A stretch of DNA of 64,000 nt from Chiloscyllium plagiosum (lineage: Eukaryota), in contig NC_057757.1 of assembly GCF_004010195.1 (NCBI RefSeq), positions 7,956,458-8,020,457 on the forward strand, in the 5' to 3' direction. The position numbers and the translations under genes were made by a program. Within the stretch, counting starts at the first letter, position 1. The number at the start of each line of letters is the position of its first letter. The notes below the pieces were generated by a model. It saw only the letters and a program-made list of their open reading frames with translations, was not told the origin of the DNA and did no database searches. Below are positions 1 through 13,241 of the stretch, one piece after another.

Positions 1-340
1 GATAGGATAAATAGACAAGGTCTTTTTCCCTGGAGTCAGGGAATTCAGAATTAGAGGGCATAGGTTTAGGGTGAGAGGGGAAAGATATAAAAGAGACCTA
101 AGGGGCAACTTTTTCACACAGAGGGTGGTACGTGTGTGGAGTGAGCTGCCAGAGGAAGTGGTGGAGGCTGGTACAATTGCAACATTTAAGAGGTATTTGG
201 ATGGGTATATGAATAGGAATGGTTTGGAGGGATATGGGCCGGGTGCTGGCAAGTGGGACTAGATTGGGTTGGGATATCTGGTCGGCATGGACGGGTTGGA
301 CCGAAGGGTCTGTTTCCGTGCTGTACATCTCTATGACTCT
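1..340 (+). mobile_element. CR1/HER1-type LINE 3' end
   Basis: ORF2 C-terminus (FFTQRVVRVWSELPEEVVEAGT) and ctctatgactctat tail. Confidence 0.9.
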
Positions 341-1565
341 ATAACTAGAAACATTAGAGTGTAGGCTATCTTTTTGAAATGTTTGAGGCAATCTGGCCTG
401 ATCCATAACAACACCCACCCAGCTTTGCATTGCCTGTAAACTTCGCAACATTACATTTAGTTCCCTCATTACTATCTCTAGTTGATGTCCCAGCACTGAT
501 CCCTGCAGTACCCACTCATCACTGGTTGCCACTCAGAAAAGGACCCCTTCATTCCAATTCCGACCTTGGCGAAATTGTCAAAATTTGTATTCAATTTTGT
601 TTTTAATAATGCGTGGATTAAAAGCTGATCTAATGGTCAGCGTGTAACCACTCTCATGAAGGCCAGTGTTTGGTATACTGGGGGCGAAGGTGAGGACTGC
701 AGATGCTGGAGATCTGAGTCTAGATTAGAGTGGTGCTGGAAAAGCGCAACAGGTCAGGCAGCATCCGAGGAGCAGGAAAACTGCAAAAGCCCTTCATCAG
801 GAATACTGCATTAATTTCTAGTCTCTGTGCTATTGTTAAACCCAAAAGGGTTCAGAAAAGATTTACAAGGATTTAAAAGGTTTCAATTATCAGGAAGGGC
901 TGCTTAGGCTGGGCTTTCTCATCAGGTTCATCAACGTCCTTTAGGGAAGGAAACCTCCCCAGCAAAGATCTTCGACTCCCTTCCCTAGAAAGCTCCAAGC
1001 CGACAGCAATCTGTTTGCCGACTCTCTGCATCCATTAGAGATCAGCGATAAATCCAACCTGAGTGATGCCCACGTCCCACGAACTCCTGAAGCAAGGAAC
1101 ATTTGGGAGGCACGAAATAATCCAGTCGGCCAAATCAACTCAGTCCCGTCTGAATGGCGCTGGAACAGGTTGCAAATCCCTTGAAGGGTGTGGAATGAGA
1201 AAGAACTAACAGTGACATCACAGTGCTTTCAGTGATAAGTACAGCAAGCGTTGTGAACCCGATAAACCAATATCGCAACATGTACCGCATTGTTATGTCC
1301 CAGTTATCATTTATTTGTAAATCAATCTCAACGTACTGGTTAGTCAATTGAACGGCCACACAAAATATCAAAGATTTCCAGCCGGTTTCTCCTGAGGTAC
1401 GGTTGGTTATCCCGAGTAGTCAGCTGAGGGTGTGACTGAGAAGGTTCTGTGCTGTTAAGGTCAATTCAAGACAAAGTTGTAATGTGATTGAAGTGGTTTA
1501 TGTTGTGTTAAGCTTCCTTGCATTGCGCTTCTTATCACTCAGTATGTGTTTTGGCGTTGGTTATT

Positions 1566-1853
1566 TTAGATTACATTACAGTGTGGAAACAGGCCCTTCG
1601 GCCCAACAAGTCCACACCACCCCGCCGAAGCGCAACCCACCCATACCCCTACCCCTTTTAACCTAACACTACGGGCAATTTAGCACGGCCAATTCACCTG
1701 ACCTGCACATCTTTGGACTGTGGGAAGAAACCGGAGCACCCGGAGGAAACCCACGCAGACACGGGGAAAACGTGCAAACTCCACACAGTCAGTCGCCTGA
1801 GGCGGGAATTGAACCCGGGTCCCTGGCGCTGTGAGGCAGCAGTGCTGACCACT
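1566..1853 (-). mobile_element. HE1-type tRNA-derived SINE
   Basis: Reverse complement of gtggtcagcactgctgcctcacagcgccaggg...gtgtggagtttgcac core with taatctaa tail. Confidence 0.88.
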
Positions 1854-1980
1854 GGTTATGTGAACCAGTGGTTATGTGAACCTCCTGCATAACTGGAATA
1901 CCCTGACCAGCCAGCACATTTCTGGTCCCATCAATGAGAGTTAGTTTGCCGCACTTATCATGCAGAAACGGTCAACATTT

Positions 1981-2250
1981 GGGGTGGCACAGTGGCTCAG
2001 TGGTTGGCACTCATGCTTCACAGCGCCAGCGTCCCAGGTTCGATTCCAGCCTCGGGCAACTGAGTGTGTGGAGTTTGCACATTCTCCCCATGTCTGCGTG
2101 GGTTTCCTCCCACAGTCCAAAGATGTGCGGGTCAGGGTGAATTGGCCGTGCTAAATTGCCCAGAGTGCTAGATGCATTAGTCAGAGGGAAATGGATCTGG
2201 GTGGGTTATTCTTCAGAGGGTCGCTGAAGGGCCTGTTTCCACACTGTTGG
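1981..2250 (+). mobile_element. HE1-type SINE
   Basis: ggcacagtggctcagtgg (A box) ... ggttcgattcc (B box) ... gtgtggagtttgcacattctcccc. Confidence 0.88.
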
Positions 2251-2399
2251 GAATTAAAGCTCATCAAAATGATTGCAGTTGCAGTTTTACGTATAGTGCA
2301 ATCATTTCATGCCTTGTAAAACTCAAGTCCGTCGAATTCAAAGAATAAAAATAGAAGCCTTTTACATCCGATTTATGGGGCTTTGTGTTGGAAGGTGGA

Positions 2400-2960
2400 G
2401 ATCTTATCTGCTTCTGAATTCAATTTTTTTTTGTGGGGATGTTGCAACGAATGGTGGCAATTGGAGGTGGGAACTTAAATGTTTTGGAGCAAGCTGCATC
2501 TCTTTGAAGTCCTCCGTGCTGACACCAAGATGCTTGGGTATAAGGCCTGGGAATATGGCTCAAAACTGGGACTACACATAAATGCCACCACAAAGCCCAT
2601 CATTGCTGCTTGAGATGGATCCTCCCCATCAGCTGGGAGGAGAGGCATGTGAATGTCAGTGTTCTTAAAGCAGCCAATACCACCAACACTGAGACCTTGA
2701 TTATCGAACACCAATAGCGTCGGGCAAGCCACATTGTTCGGATGACTGAGTTCCAACAGCCAAAGGAAGTCATCTTCTCTCGGCTCAAGGAATGCACCGT
2801 GGGTGTCCAAGTGTGCGTTCAGCTTTGGAGGAACCTCCTGTTACAGAGGGACACAATTCTTTATGAACACCCCGTTGCTAAGAGGAAGGTCTGACGAAGC
2901 AGATGCTAGCGGTCTCAAGGACCGACCCCACCGCCTGGAATCAGTTGTTGGTCAGAGATG
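2400..2960 (+). mobile_element. Old RTE-clade LINE fragment
   Basis: Broken translation HHCCLRWILPISWEERHVNVSVLKAANTTNTETLIIEHQ*RRASHIVRMTEFQQPKEVIFS resembles the RTE ORF C-terminus (QLRWAGHVVRM...PK). Confidence 0.7.
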
Positions 2961-3629
2961 TGGCTGTGGGATCGATCTCATCAGTTGCACAAAGACCCAC
3001 AGAACCCAGTGATGTGGAGTTTAAGGAGGGGTGGGTGGGCGGGTGTTCAATCGTACTCGCTGAGTGATTGCCAAGCGATGACGAGCGGAAAAGGGAGGTT
3101 GGAATTTTAAGCGTTTTCCGTCAGCTTTTTCCCGCCTCTCGTCGCACACGCTCAATCCTGTCGGAGTTGTTTTGATTGGGATCTTTGCAGAGAAGTTCCA
3201 GCCACGTTTACACGCCCTCTCCAGTAAGTATTCCGGACTGGCTCTGCAAACCCAAGAGTGGGTCTCAGCTTTCAGGGGACTGGATAGTTTAGGGAGGATT
3301 TGGGGAGATGAATTTTACTCTTGTTGTGACAATCCTGCATATAATGATTTTGGATTGTAAACTCCAAACAGCCAAATTCTTCAGCCACGACTGGATTGCC
3401 ATAACTTGAAGAATTATGGAGTCGCAGACAGGTACTCCGGGGACAGGGGCTCGGTTAGTGCAGATGGTTTGCTTACGAGACTCAGTCAGGGCCAACCACA
3501 CAGGTTCGATTCCTACACCAGCCAAAGTTGCCATTCAGGCTTCACCGTCTCAACGTCTCCCACCACCTCAGACCCTCAGGAGAAACATGCTCGGACTTTT
3601 CCCTTTGGGACTAAGGCAACTTTACTAAA

Positions 3630-4205
3630 GCTTGATTGGAACATCATGTTGCAGTTGGTGAGACCGCACTGGGAATACTGTGTTCAGTTTTGGTCACCTT
3701 GCTGTCGGGAGCGTGTTGTTAAACTGGAAAGAGTGCAGAAGAAATTTACAAAGATATTGCCTGGACTTGGTGGTCTGAGTTAAAGTCAAGCTAGGGCTTT
3801 TATCTTTAGAGCGTGGGAGACTGAGGGGTGACCTTATAGAGGTGTATAAGATCATGAGAGGCACGGATAGGGTGAACGCACTCAGTCTTTTCCCCAGGGT
3901 TGGGGAATCGAGGACTAGAGGGTATCAGGTTAAGGTGAGAGGGGAACGAATAAAAGGGAACCTGAGGGGGGGGCAACATTTTTACCCAGAGGGTGGTACG
4001 CAGATGGAATGAGCTGCCAGGGGAAGTGGTTGAGGCGGGTACATCAACAACATTTAAAAGGCAGTTGGACAAATACATGGAGAGGGAAGGATTAGAAGGG
4101 TATGGGCCAAGTGCAGGAAAATGGGGTTAGTGTGGACGGACATTTTGGTCAGCATGGACCAAATTGGGCCGGAGGGCCTGTCTCTGTGCTGTAGGCCTCT
4201 ATGAC
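3630..4205 (+). mobile_element. CR1-type LINE 3' fragment
   Basis: [15 protein letters not shown] motif and CR1 3' UTR. Confidence 0.9.
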
Positions 4206-4324
4206 TCAATGAGGAACAGGCCACTCAACCCTTCATGTCAATGCTGGCTCCCAATAAGATCAACTCAGCTGTAGATACCCTACTTTATCCTCTCCTACAC
4301 ATTTTTCGTTTCTCATTCAATAAT

Positions 4325-4680
4325 GACCATAAGACATAGGAGTGGAAGCAAGGCCATTCGGCCCATCAAGTCCACTCCACTGTATAATCATGGCTGATGG
4401 ACATTTCAACGCCACTTATCCGCACTCTCCCCTTGGCTCTTAATTCCTTTTGAGGTCAAGAATTCATCAATCTCTGCCCTGAAGACATTTAACATCCCGG
4501 CCTCCACTGCCCTCCGCGGCAATGAATTCCACAGGCCCACCACTCTCTGGCTGAAGAAACGGCTCCTCATTTCCGTTCTAAATTGACCCCCTCTAATTCC
4601 AAGGCCGTGCCCACGGGTCCTAGTCTCCCCGCCTGACGGAAACAATTTCCCAGCGTCCACCCTTTCTAATCCTTGCATTT
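4325..4680 (-). mobile_element. CR1-type LINE 3' fragment
   Basis: TRGHGL...FFSQRVVGLWNSLP motif. Confidence 0.88.
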
Positions 4681-6025
4681 CCTTTCAGAAACCATGATCA
4701 AATCCACCCCTCACCTCAAACTCTCACCAGGACGGACTTTTCCAATGCTAACCACGCTCTGAGTAAACAGGAGACCCTCTATTGACTTTGGTTCCTTAGC
4801 CAATCAGGCAGCAGCAGTGATTCCAGCCAACCTTAGACCTGTGCCCGGTCGTTCAAAATCCATGCCACAACTGGGAATGGTTTCTCTCTGGCCGGACGCC
4901 CTCAGGATTAGGAACTCGCCTCCCAGCCTCAACTCTCTCCTCCCAAGAAACCCGCCCTCAGCTTTTTGCAAAACGCCTGCGGAGGCTGGAAACCCGAGGC
5001 AAACATGGAGATCGCTGGAAAAGCGCAGCAGGTCTGTGGTGGGAGGGTGTGGGATTGGTGGGGAGACAGAGTCAGCGTCCCAACAGTGGCTGGACTGAAA
5101 CGCTGTGAGGAAGAGTTCGGCGCAATGTTGGCACTGTTTCTCTCTTTCCGCACACGCGGAGTTTCTCCAGCACTCTCCGCGTCAGCGTCTCCCAATCTAT
5201 CCGAGAGCTGGGCATGTGCACCTTGTCGCTAGGGGAGGCCAACCTCCCGCCCGGGAAACCAAAGAGACAGCTCCTGGGATTGATGTCCAACTGGCCGCTT
5301 GTGGGCCAATGGACTACCTTCTCAGCGAATCAGGAGCCTCGGTACTGAGGCCAGGCATCATCCAGTGCTGCCAGCCAATCAGAGGCCCAGAAGCCGCTAG
5401 GTGCTGGAGGCCCAGGTTTCAGACGCAAGGGGGTAAACGGTTTTATTAAAGTCCCGGTGAGGTGGGAGATGGGCGCCAATGGCCCTTTCGCCTGTGGACT
5501 GAGGCCAGCAGAGCCTCAGGTAATTCGGTTGGTGGTTAATTCTAGGCCCGTCAAAGGGGGACTTGGCTTGACCCCTTGACGGGTGTTAATTGATGTGGGG
5601 TTGATGTGGTCAGCCTGGACTTTCTCGCCCAGCACTCGAGGTGGCCAGTCAGACCCCCTTCCGTATCTGTGATTCTACCATCATTTTTGATCCATGAACC
5701 TCCATATTTCCGATGCCCCATGCTGTCGAAGCCCCTTGAGAAAGTCAGTCACCTTGTCGCCTTCATCGATCCTTTCCGAAGACGGATCGATAAACTGAGA
5801 AGTTAACTGCCGGGTGAATTTTCCTCGACAAATCCTTGACAGATTTCCCCAATTTGTCATCCCCCTGCTCCCCACCACAAACCAGGTTACTTTTCCCACA
5901 TTTTTGCAGAGTGGATTGTTAGCTTATCCTGAGTATTATTTCCGAGATTCTCAAAGACGATCTACACCGGACTCAAGTCTTTCTCTCTCGACAGCTGTCA
6001 CTGGACTTGTTGAATTTTTCCAGCA

Positions 6026-6565
6026 GTCATAGAGCTGTACACCACGGAAACAGACCCTTCGGTCCAACCCGTCCATGCCGACCAGATATCCCAACTCAAT
6101 CTAGTCCCACCTGCCAGCACCCGACCCATATCCCTCCAAACCCTTCCTATTCATATACCCATCCAAATGCCTTTTAAATGTTGCAATTGTACCAGCCTCC
6201 ACCACATCTCATTCCATACCCGTACCACCCTCTGTGTGAAAACGTTGCCCCTTAGGTCTCTTTTATATCTTTCCCCTCTCACCCTAAACCTATGCCCTAT
6301 AGTTCTGGATTCCCCCACCCCAGGGAAAAGACTTTGCCTAGTACCCTATCCATGCCCCTCATAATTATATAAACCTCTATAAGGTCACCCCTCAACCTCC
6401 GAAGCTCACAACATCTTTCCGATAGGAAGGAGACCAGAATTGCACGCAATATTCCATAAGTGGCCTAACCAATGTCCTGTACAGCCGCAACATGACCTCC
6501 CAACTCCTGTACTCAATACTCTGACCAAAGGAAAGCATACCAAATGCCTTCTTTTCTATCCTGTT
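6026..6565 (-). mobile_element. CR1-type LINE 3' fragment (internally deleted)
   Basis: Reverse complement of the family seen at 1-340. Confidence 0.9.
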
Positions 6566-6624
6566 TACATTAAGTGCATAAGTATACCCTACATTAAATG
6601 TATAAGTCCTGGGTATAATGATAA

Positions 6625-7315
6625 GGTGTTGCTGAACAAAGAGACCTTGGAGTGCAGATTCCTAGCTCCTTGAAAGTGGAGTCGCAGGTAGATAGGATAG
6701 TGAAGAAGGTGTTTGGTATGCTTTCCTTTATTGGTCAGGGTATTGAGTACAGGAGTTGGGAGGTCATGTTGCGGCTGTACAGGACATTGGTTAGGCCACT
6801 GTTGGAATATTGTGTTCAATTCTGGACTCCTTCTGATAGGAAGGATGTTGTGAAACAGAAAAGATTTACAAGGATGTTGCCAGGGTTGGAGGATTTGAGC
6901 TACAGGGAGAGGCTGAACAGGCACAGGGCTGTTTTCCCTGGAGCATCGGAGGCTGAGGGGTGACCTTATAGAGGTTTATAAAATCATGAGGGGTGTGGAT
7001 AGGATAAATAGACAAAATCTCTTCCCTGGTGTGGGGGAGTTCAGAACTAGAGGATATAGGTTTAGGGTGAGAGGGGAAAGATATAAAAGGGTGTAAGGGG
7101 CAACTTTTTCACTCAGAGGGTGGTACGGGTATGGAATGAGATGTGGTGGAGGCTGGTACAATTGCAACATTTAAGAGGCATTTGGATGGGTATATGAATA
7201 GGAAGGGTTTGGAGGGATATGGGCCGGGTGCTGGCAGGTGGGACTGGATTGGGTTGGTATATCTTGTCGGCATGGACGGGTTGGGCCGAAGGGTCTGTTT
7301 CCGTGGTGTACATCT
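6625..7315 (+). mobile_element. CR1-type LINE 3' fragment
   Basis: [17 protein letters not shown] motif and 3' UTR. Confidence 0.9.
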
Positions 7316-8900
7316 CGATGAAATGTATCAGTCCTGCTGTGATTTGCCGTTCCAAAATGCAGCACCTCGCGTTTATCTAACTCAAACTCCAACTGCCACT
7401 CCTCAGGCCTAGTTTGTATTTCATTTGGGACGCTGGTGTTGGGCAAGGTCAGAAGTCACGTGACACCACGTCATAGTGGGAAACGTTTATTTACAATCAC
7501 GCGGGTCAGGGTTGAGGCAGCCACACATCCCTAAGTGCCTCCTCTGCCCTTCACCCCAGTATCTGGGTACCTCAACGCCTGACTTGCTTTCGCTTGGCAG
7601 TGACCTTTGCTGAACCCTAGGCCACCACGCCCAACTGCCTTCCTTTTGGCAGATTTAGCATTGGAAGTGAAAGTGCTTCAGGAGTATCAGAAGCAAGGCG
7701 ATTTCACAGCTCCCTGCCAAACCCCATTTCTGGCAGTCCATGAGACATAGATGTCGGCAACACAGTCAAAAACACAAACGCCCTCCAGGACTTGTTGAGC
7801 GACCGTGACTACCACGTTAAATAAAGGGCTTGAATATTCCCAACAGCTCGACTTAAGATGTCTGGATGCTCTGCTACTTCGGAAGTGTTCTCAATTCATC
7901 CAGGGTAGGGTTTGGGGTTCGGGGTGAGGTGGGGGGGAGCATGATGGTTAAAATCAACTCGGCGAAAGTGAGGGCTGCAGATCAGAGTCGGGAGTGTGGC
8001 GCTGGAAAAGCCCAGCGGCTCAGGCAGCATCCGAGGAGCAGGAGAATCGACGTTTTGGGGCATGAGCCCGACATCAGGAATGAGGGCCGAGCGGTAATAC
8101 TGCTGGCCGTTAATGCAGAGGCGTTCCGGGGGACCGGGGTTCAAATCGGACCACGGAAGGTGGTGGAATTTGAATCTATTACAAATTAAAAGTCCAGGGA
8201 CCGTAAATTCATTGCCAACTGTTGGGGGAAACCCCTATGTGGCGCACTAGTAAGGAACTAGTGAAAAATCACACAACGCCAGGTTATAGTCCAACAGGTT
8301 TAACTAGAAAGAAGGAGAAAGTGAGGACTGCAGATGCTGGTTAATTAGAAACCCTTATAACCTGGAGTTGGGTGATTTTTAACGTGGTTCACCTCAGTTC
8401 AACATTGGCTCTGCCACATCATGTCCGAAGGGAAGGAAGCAGCCATCCATACCTGGTCTGGGCCTACAGGTGACTCCAGACCCACAGCCATGTGGTTGAC
8501 TCTTAACTGCCCTCTGGAATGGGCAGTAAACGCTGGCTCAGCCAGCGATGCCCACAATGGATTAAAAAAATGTATCTCAGGGAAGGGGTTTCTCCGTTAG
8601 TATGACACACCAAGCAGGGACAATGAGGCCGCTCATTTCCCTGCGCTGAAAACGTGCCGGGGGTGGCGGGGGGGGGGTTGTTCACCGGCCCCTCCGTCCT
8701 CGCAATCAATGCCGAGTCCCTCACCAGCACCTCCTCCTTAATCGACGCCAGAGTTACCTTGTCCTGATGTGACCATAAGCCGTCCCTCCCTCCCCTTCCC
8801 TTTGAGGGACAAGCCAGACTCGGTCCCCAACCATTCCCCTCCCCCACCCGACCCCCACCCCCACCCCATCCCCCGCCCTTTCCCAGGTATCTCCTGTCTC

Positions 8901-9890
8901 TCAAGTCCTTCCTTTCCGGGTGCCGGCATCTGGCTTTGCCCGCGGGGGCGACAGCGAGCGGTTGTTGCAGTCGACGCTGTCCGTGTTGGACGTCAGCGCG
9001 TTCCTCAAGGCCTTCATGCCCACGCTCTTCTGGAAGGTTTCCGTGGCGAAGTAGTAGGCCAGGGGGTCGAAGATGGCGTTGAGGCAGGCCACGGAAATGG
9101 TGACGCGGTAGGAGGCCCCCAGTGCCCTCTCCTGGCCGGGCGCGGCCACGTAGAGCAGGAGCACCGTGTGGTACGGCAGGAAGCAGATCACGAAGATGAC
9201 AACGTTGGCCGCCACCATGTTGCGGATCTTGCGCCAGTCCACGTAGTCCATGCGGGCGGCAGAGCTACGGCGGACCCCTCTCAGGAGGGCCAGAGAGCAG
9301 ACCAAGATGGTGGACAGCGGGAAACCGTAGCCGACCAGGAGGGTGGGCACCACTGTGGCCGGGTTGGTGACGTAGCTGGGCCTCTGGTGGAAGCAGAGCT
9401 GGCACTCGTCGGTGGCGTTGCCGGGCTTTCGGATCAGCAGGTAGGGCGGGATGCTGGCGCCCACCACCAACAGCCAGACCCCGGCGCTGATCCACTTGGC
9501 CTGGCCGCGCAGCGAGTTCACCCGCGACTTCATGGGGAAGCAGATCGCGACGCAGCGGTCCAGGCTGATGCAGGTGAGGAAGAAGATGCTGCCGTACATG
9601 TTCACCAGGAAGACCAGCCCAGTCAGCTCACAGAGGAGCGGGGGCAGGGTCCTCCGGTCCACGTAGTACAGGATGCGCACGGGCAGCGACGCCACCAGCA
9701 GCAGGTCAGCGCACGCCAAGTTCTTCATGTAGACGGTGGTCTGCGAGCGGATCTTCGTGAAACGGAAGAAAAAGACCAGAGCCAGGGTGTTGAACAGCAG
9801 GCCCAGCAGGAAGATGAAGCTGAACATGGTCACGTAGAGATGGTCCGTCCACTGCTTGGGATTCAGGCAGCTCCCGTTCACTTCCCCCAT
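8901..9890 (-). CDS. Class A GPCR, lysophosphatidic acid receptor 6/5-like (P2Y-group), 329 aa, single coding exon
   Basis: Intact ORF with 7 hydrophobic segments and class A motifs: GLLFN (TM1), NLACADLL (TM2), NMYGSIFFLTCISLDRC (TM3, DRY variant), CFLPYH (TM6), LNAIFDPLAYYF (DPxxY, TM7). N-terminal NGS sequon. ATG at 9890 in good context (GCGGTGATGG) with an in-frame TGA upstream. GC/CpG-rich. Exact paralogue cannot be fixed by eye. Confidence 0.93.
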   Translation of the reverse strand: MGEVNGSCLNPKQWTDHLYVTMFSFIFLLGLLFNTLALVFFFRFTKIRSQTTVYMKNLACADLLLVASLPVRILYYVDRRTLPPLLCELTGLVFLVNMYGSIFFLTCISLDRCVAICFPMKSRVNSLRGQAKWISAGVWLLVVGASIPPYLLIRKPGNATDECQLCFHQRPSYVTNPATVVPTLLVGYGFPLSTILVCSLALLRGVRRSSAARMDYVDWRKIRNMVAANVVIFVICFLPYHTVLLLYVAAPGQERALGASYRVTISVACLNAIFDPLAYYFATETFQKSVGMKALRNALTSNTDSVDCNNRSLSPPRAKPDAGTRKGRT

Positions 9891-9922
9891 CACCGCTGCT
9901 CGTCTTCAGGCTTGGGAAGCAC

Positions 9923-9940
9923 CTGCAGGGAGGGAAAGGG
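9923..9940 (-). promoter_or_regulatory. Splice acceptor of the GPCR coding exon (exon begins at 9922)
   Basis: Minus strand reads ccctttccctccctgcag|GTGCTTCC, 32 nt upstream of the ATG; implies upstream non-coding exon(s). Confidence 0.75.
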
Positions 9941-9944
9941 TACA

Positions 9945-12250
9945 GGCATGGAGTCAGACCACACAGAGACAGGCCCTCTGACTCAAACTGGTCCATGCTG
10001 AGTAAAACGTCCGTCCATGCTAACCCCATTAAGACATAGGAGTGGAAGGAAGGCCTTTCAGCCCATTGGGTCCACTCCACCACTCAATGATGGGCTTTTC
10101 AATGCCACTTACCCGCACTCTCCCTGTGTCCCCGAATTCCTTGCGAGATTGAGAACTTGACTTCCCTGCACTTGGTCCATATCCTTCTAATCCTTCCCTC
10201 TCCATGTATTTGTCCAACTGCCTTTTAAATGTTGTTAATGTACCCCCCTCAAACACTTCCCCTGGCAGCTCATTCCATCTGCGTACCACCCTCTGGGTAA
10301 AAACGTTGTCCCTTCAGGCTCCCTTTTATTCTTTCCCCTCTCACCTTAACCTGATGCCCTCTAGTCCTCGATTCCCCAACCCTGGGGAAAAGACTGAGTG
10401 CATTCAGCCTATCCATGCCTCTCATGATCTTATACACCTCTATAAGGTCACCCCTCAGTCTCCCACACTCTAAAGATAAAGGCTTTAGCCTGTCCAACCT
10501 CTCCCTATAACTCAGACCGTTGAGCCCTGGCAACATCCTTGTAAATTTCTTCTGCACTCTATCGAGTTTAATAACATCCTTCCTATAGCAAGGTGAGCAA
10601 AACTGATCACAATACTCCAAGTGTGGCCTCACCAACGTCCTGTATAACTGCAACATAACTTCCGAAACTCTATACTCAGTGCCCTGACTGATGAAGGCCA
10701 GTGTGCCAAAAGCCTTCTTCACTGCCCTGTCTAACTAGGACTCCACTGAGGGAGAACTGTGCACATCAACTCCAAGGTCCTTCTCTCCCACTACACTCCT
10801 TAAGGCCCTACCATCCACTATGAAACTCCTCCCATGATTTGACTTTCCAAAAGGCAAGATCTCATCGTTATCAATATAAAACTCCATTTGCCATTTCTCA
10901 GCCCACCTTCCCAGCTGATCAAGGTCCTGCTGCAATTTCTGATACCCTTCCTCACTGTCCATGAATCTGCCTATTTTAGTGTCATCAGTAAACTTGCTAA
11001 TCAGGCCCTTGTACGTTCTCATCCAAAACATTGATATCGATAACAAACAGCAATGGGCCCAGCTCCGACCGCTGAGGCATTCCAGTCTGACAAGCATCCT
11101 TCCACTATTACCCTCTGCTTCCTGCCACCAAGCCAATTGTGTATCCAGCTCCCCCCGGATTCCATACGATCTAATCTTCCAGAGCACCCTCCCTTGTGGA
11201 ACCTTATGAAAGGCCTTCCTGAATTCCATATGGACCACGTCTTCTGCCCTGCCCTTGTCAACTTTCCTGGTCACTTCATCAAAGAACACCAACAAATCTG
11301 TGAGGCACGGTCTCCCATTCACAACGACGTGCTCACTAATCCAAATCAAACCCTGATTTTCCAAACGCATGTATTTCTTATCCCTCAGAGTCTTCTCAAG
11401 TAACTTCCCCTCCCCAGATGTTAGATTTACTGGTCGATAGTTTACACGTTTATTTCTGTAGCCCTTCTTGAATAATGGCACAATATTCGCTCCTCTCCAG
11501 TTTTCAAGGACCTCACCCGTGGTTAACGATGATGCTAAAATATCAGCCAGGGCCCCTGCAATTTCTTCTCTCGCCTCTCGCAGTGTTTATAGATATATTT
11601 GTCAGGACCAGGAGATTTATCCACCTTCATACATTCTAATACATCCAACTCCTCCTCTACTGAGATATGGACTGTCCCCAAGGTGTCACCACTAACTTCT
11701 TCAAATTCCCAAGTCTTCATGTCTTTCTCCATGGTCAACACATTGAGGACCTCACCCATCTCCTGCAGTTCTACACAGACATGACCACTTTGGTACTTGA
11801 GGGGCCCTATTCTCTCTCGAGTTAGTCTTTCCCATTTAATACACTTAAAGTACCTCTTTCAATTCATCCTGATCATCTTAGCCCAGGCTATCTCATGCTC
11901 TTTCTCGGCCCTCCTGATTTCCTTCTCCAGTAATCTCCCGTATCCCGTTTGTACCTCCAGGGGTCCCTTGATCCCAGCTGCCTCTACCTGAGCCACTCCG
12001 ACATCTTTCCAGGTGAAAGCCTCAATATCTCTTGTCATCCAGGATTCCCTATTCCTGCCACCCAATCCTTTCACCCTCACAGGAACATACACACCTTGTA
12101 CTCCAGCAATCTCCCTTTTAAAGGTCTCCCACTTGCCGGAGTTCCCTGAACCTGCAAACAAACTACTCCAGTCAACCTGTGTAAGTTCCTGTCTAATTCC
12201 ATCAGACTTCACCTTTCCCCCAGTTTCCCTCTTGAACCTGTGGACCAGTT
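9945..12250 (-). mobile_element. CR1-type LINE, ~2.3 kb, decayed RT
   Basis: [36 protein letters not shown] motifs with frameshifts. Confidence 0.92.
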
Positions 12251-13241
12251 TAAAGTTTAAGTTTGCGAAACTGCCGGAGGGGAAATAATATGGATTGTGG
12301 ATATTATACATCTCTATGACTCGATGACTGGACATGAAGATGATTTTCATATGGAAGGGCAAACTGTGTCAGCGCAGGCTTGGACGGGCTGAAGGGCCTG
12401 TTGCTGCGTTGTGACGTTCTGTGTCCCCTTTTTGACTGGCGGTGCTTTAAGCTGAGGCTCTCGCCTGAGGGGAAGGGAAAGGTTGAGGAAGGGAATCCTT
12501 CCCTCCGCGGGAATCGAACCCAACGCAAACTGGCCAATCAGACTGAGCAACCCCCTATTCCCCCCCCCCCTCCCCACAACCCTGCCGTGATCGGGTAATG
12601 GGCTGAAGGCCCTCATTCCTTGCTGTTAACAAAACCCTCCTGACTCTCTGATTTCTTCCCCATGACTTAACAATTGAATCTCCCAACCTTTCACCTCCCA
12701 GAGATTTCTAACTTAAGAAACACAGCTCTCTGCTTTGTAGAAAACTGCCTGGGCACGGCCAGTTCCCCTTTGCCGGCCACCAGTAGCTCACTCATTCTTT
12801 TACCCGGCAATTTGTCTTTCATATCTTGATCGGGACCTCACACAAATAGGCACTCCTCCGTTCGAGTAGATTCACACTTGATTTTGCCATGTCCTGCTCG
12901 ATCACTGTCCTACTGACCGAAGTGCTGCAGGGGAGATTGTGCACCGAGAAATGATCTCCTCCCACTCCCCTCCCACTTGATGTCTACCCTGTGCGTCCAA
13001 TCTCATCTTCAGAACCAGGCACAGCGCTATTTCCTTCCTCAATGTGCTGCAAACACAGACAGATCTTGCACACATTTCAGGAACCGCTTGTCCTCTTAGC
13101 AATTGTTCCCATCCTCCCCACTCCAGTCGGTGAGGAACCCCCTCCTGTACAATCCAAGCGGAGGCCATTTGACCCATAATGTCTGTGCTGACCCCTCCAG
13201 AAGGGCATAGAGTCCCAACAGTGCAGGAACAGGCCCAATAC

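Noticed and set aside
1981..2055. tRNA-like A/B boxes here and in similar copies
   Set aside because: These are heads of tRNA-derived HE1-type SINEs, not tRNA genes.
8769..10001. 410-aa plus-strand ORF
   Set aside because: Antisense shadow of the GC-rich GPCR CDS; no recognisable domain.
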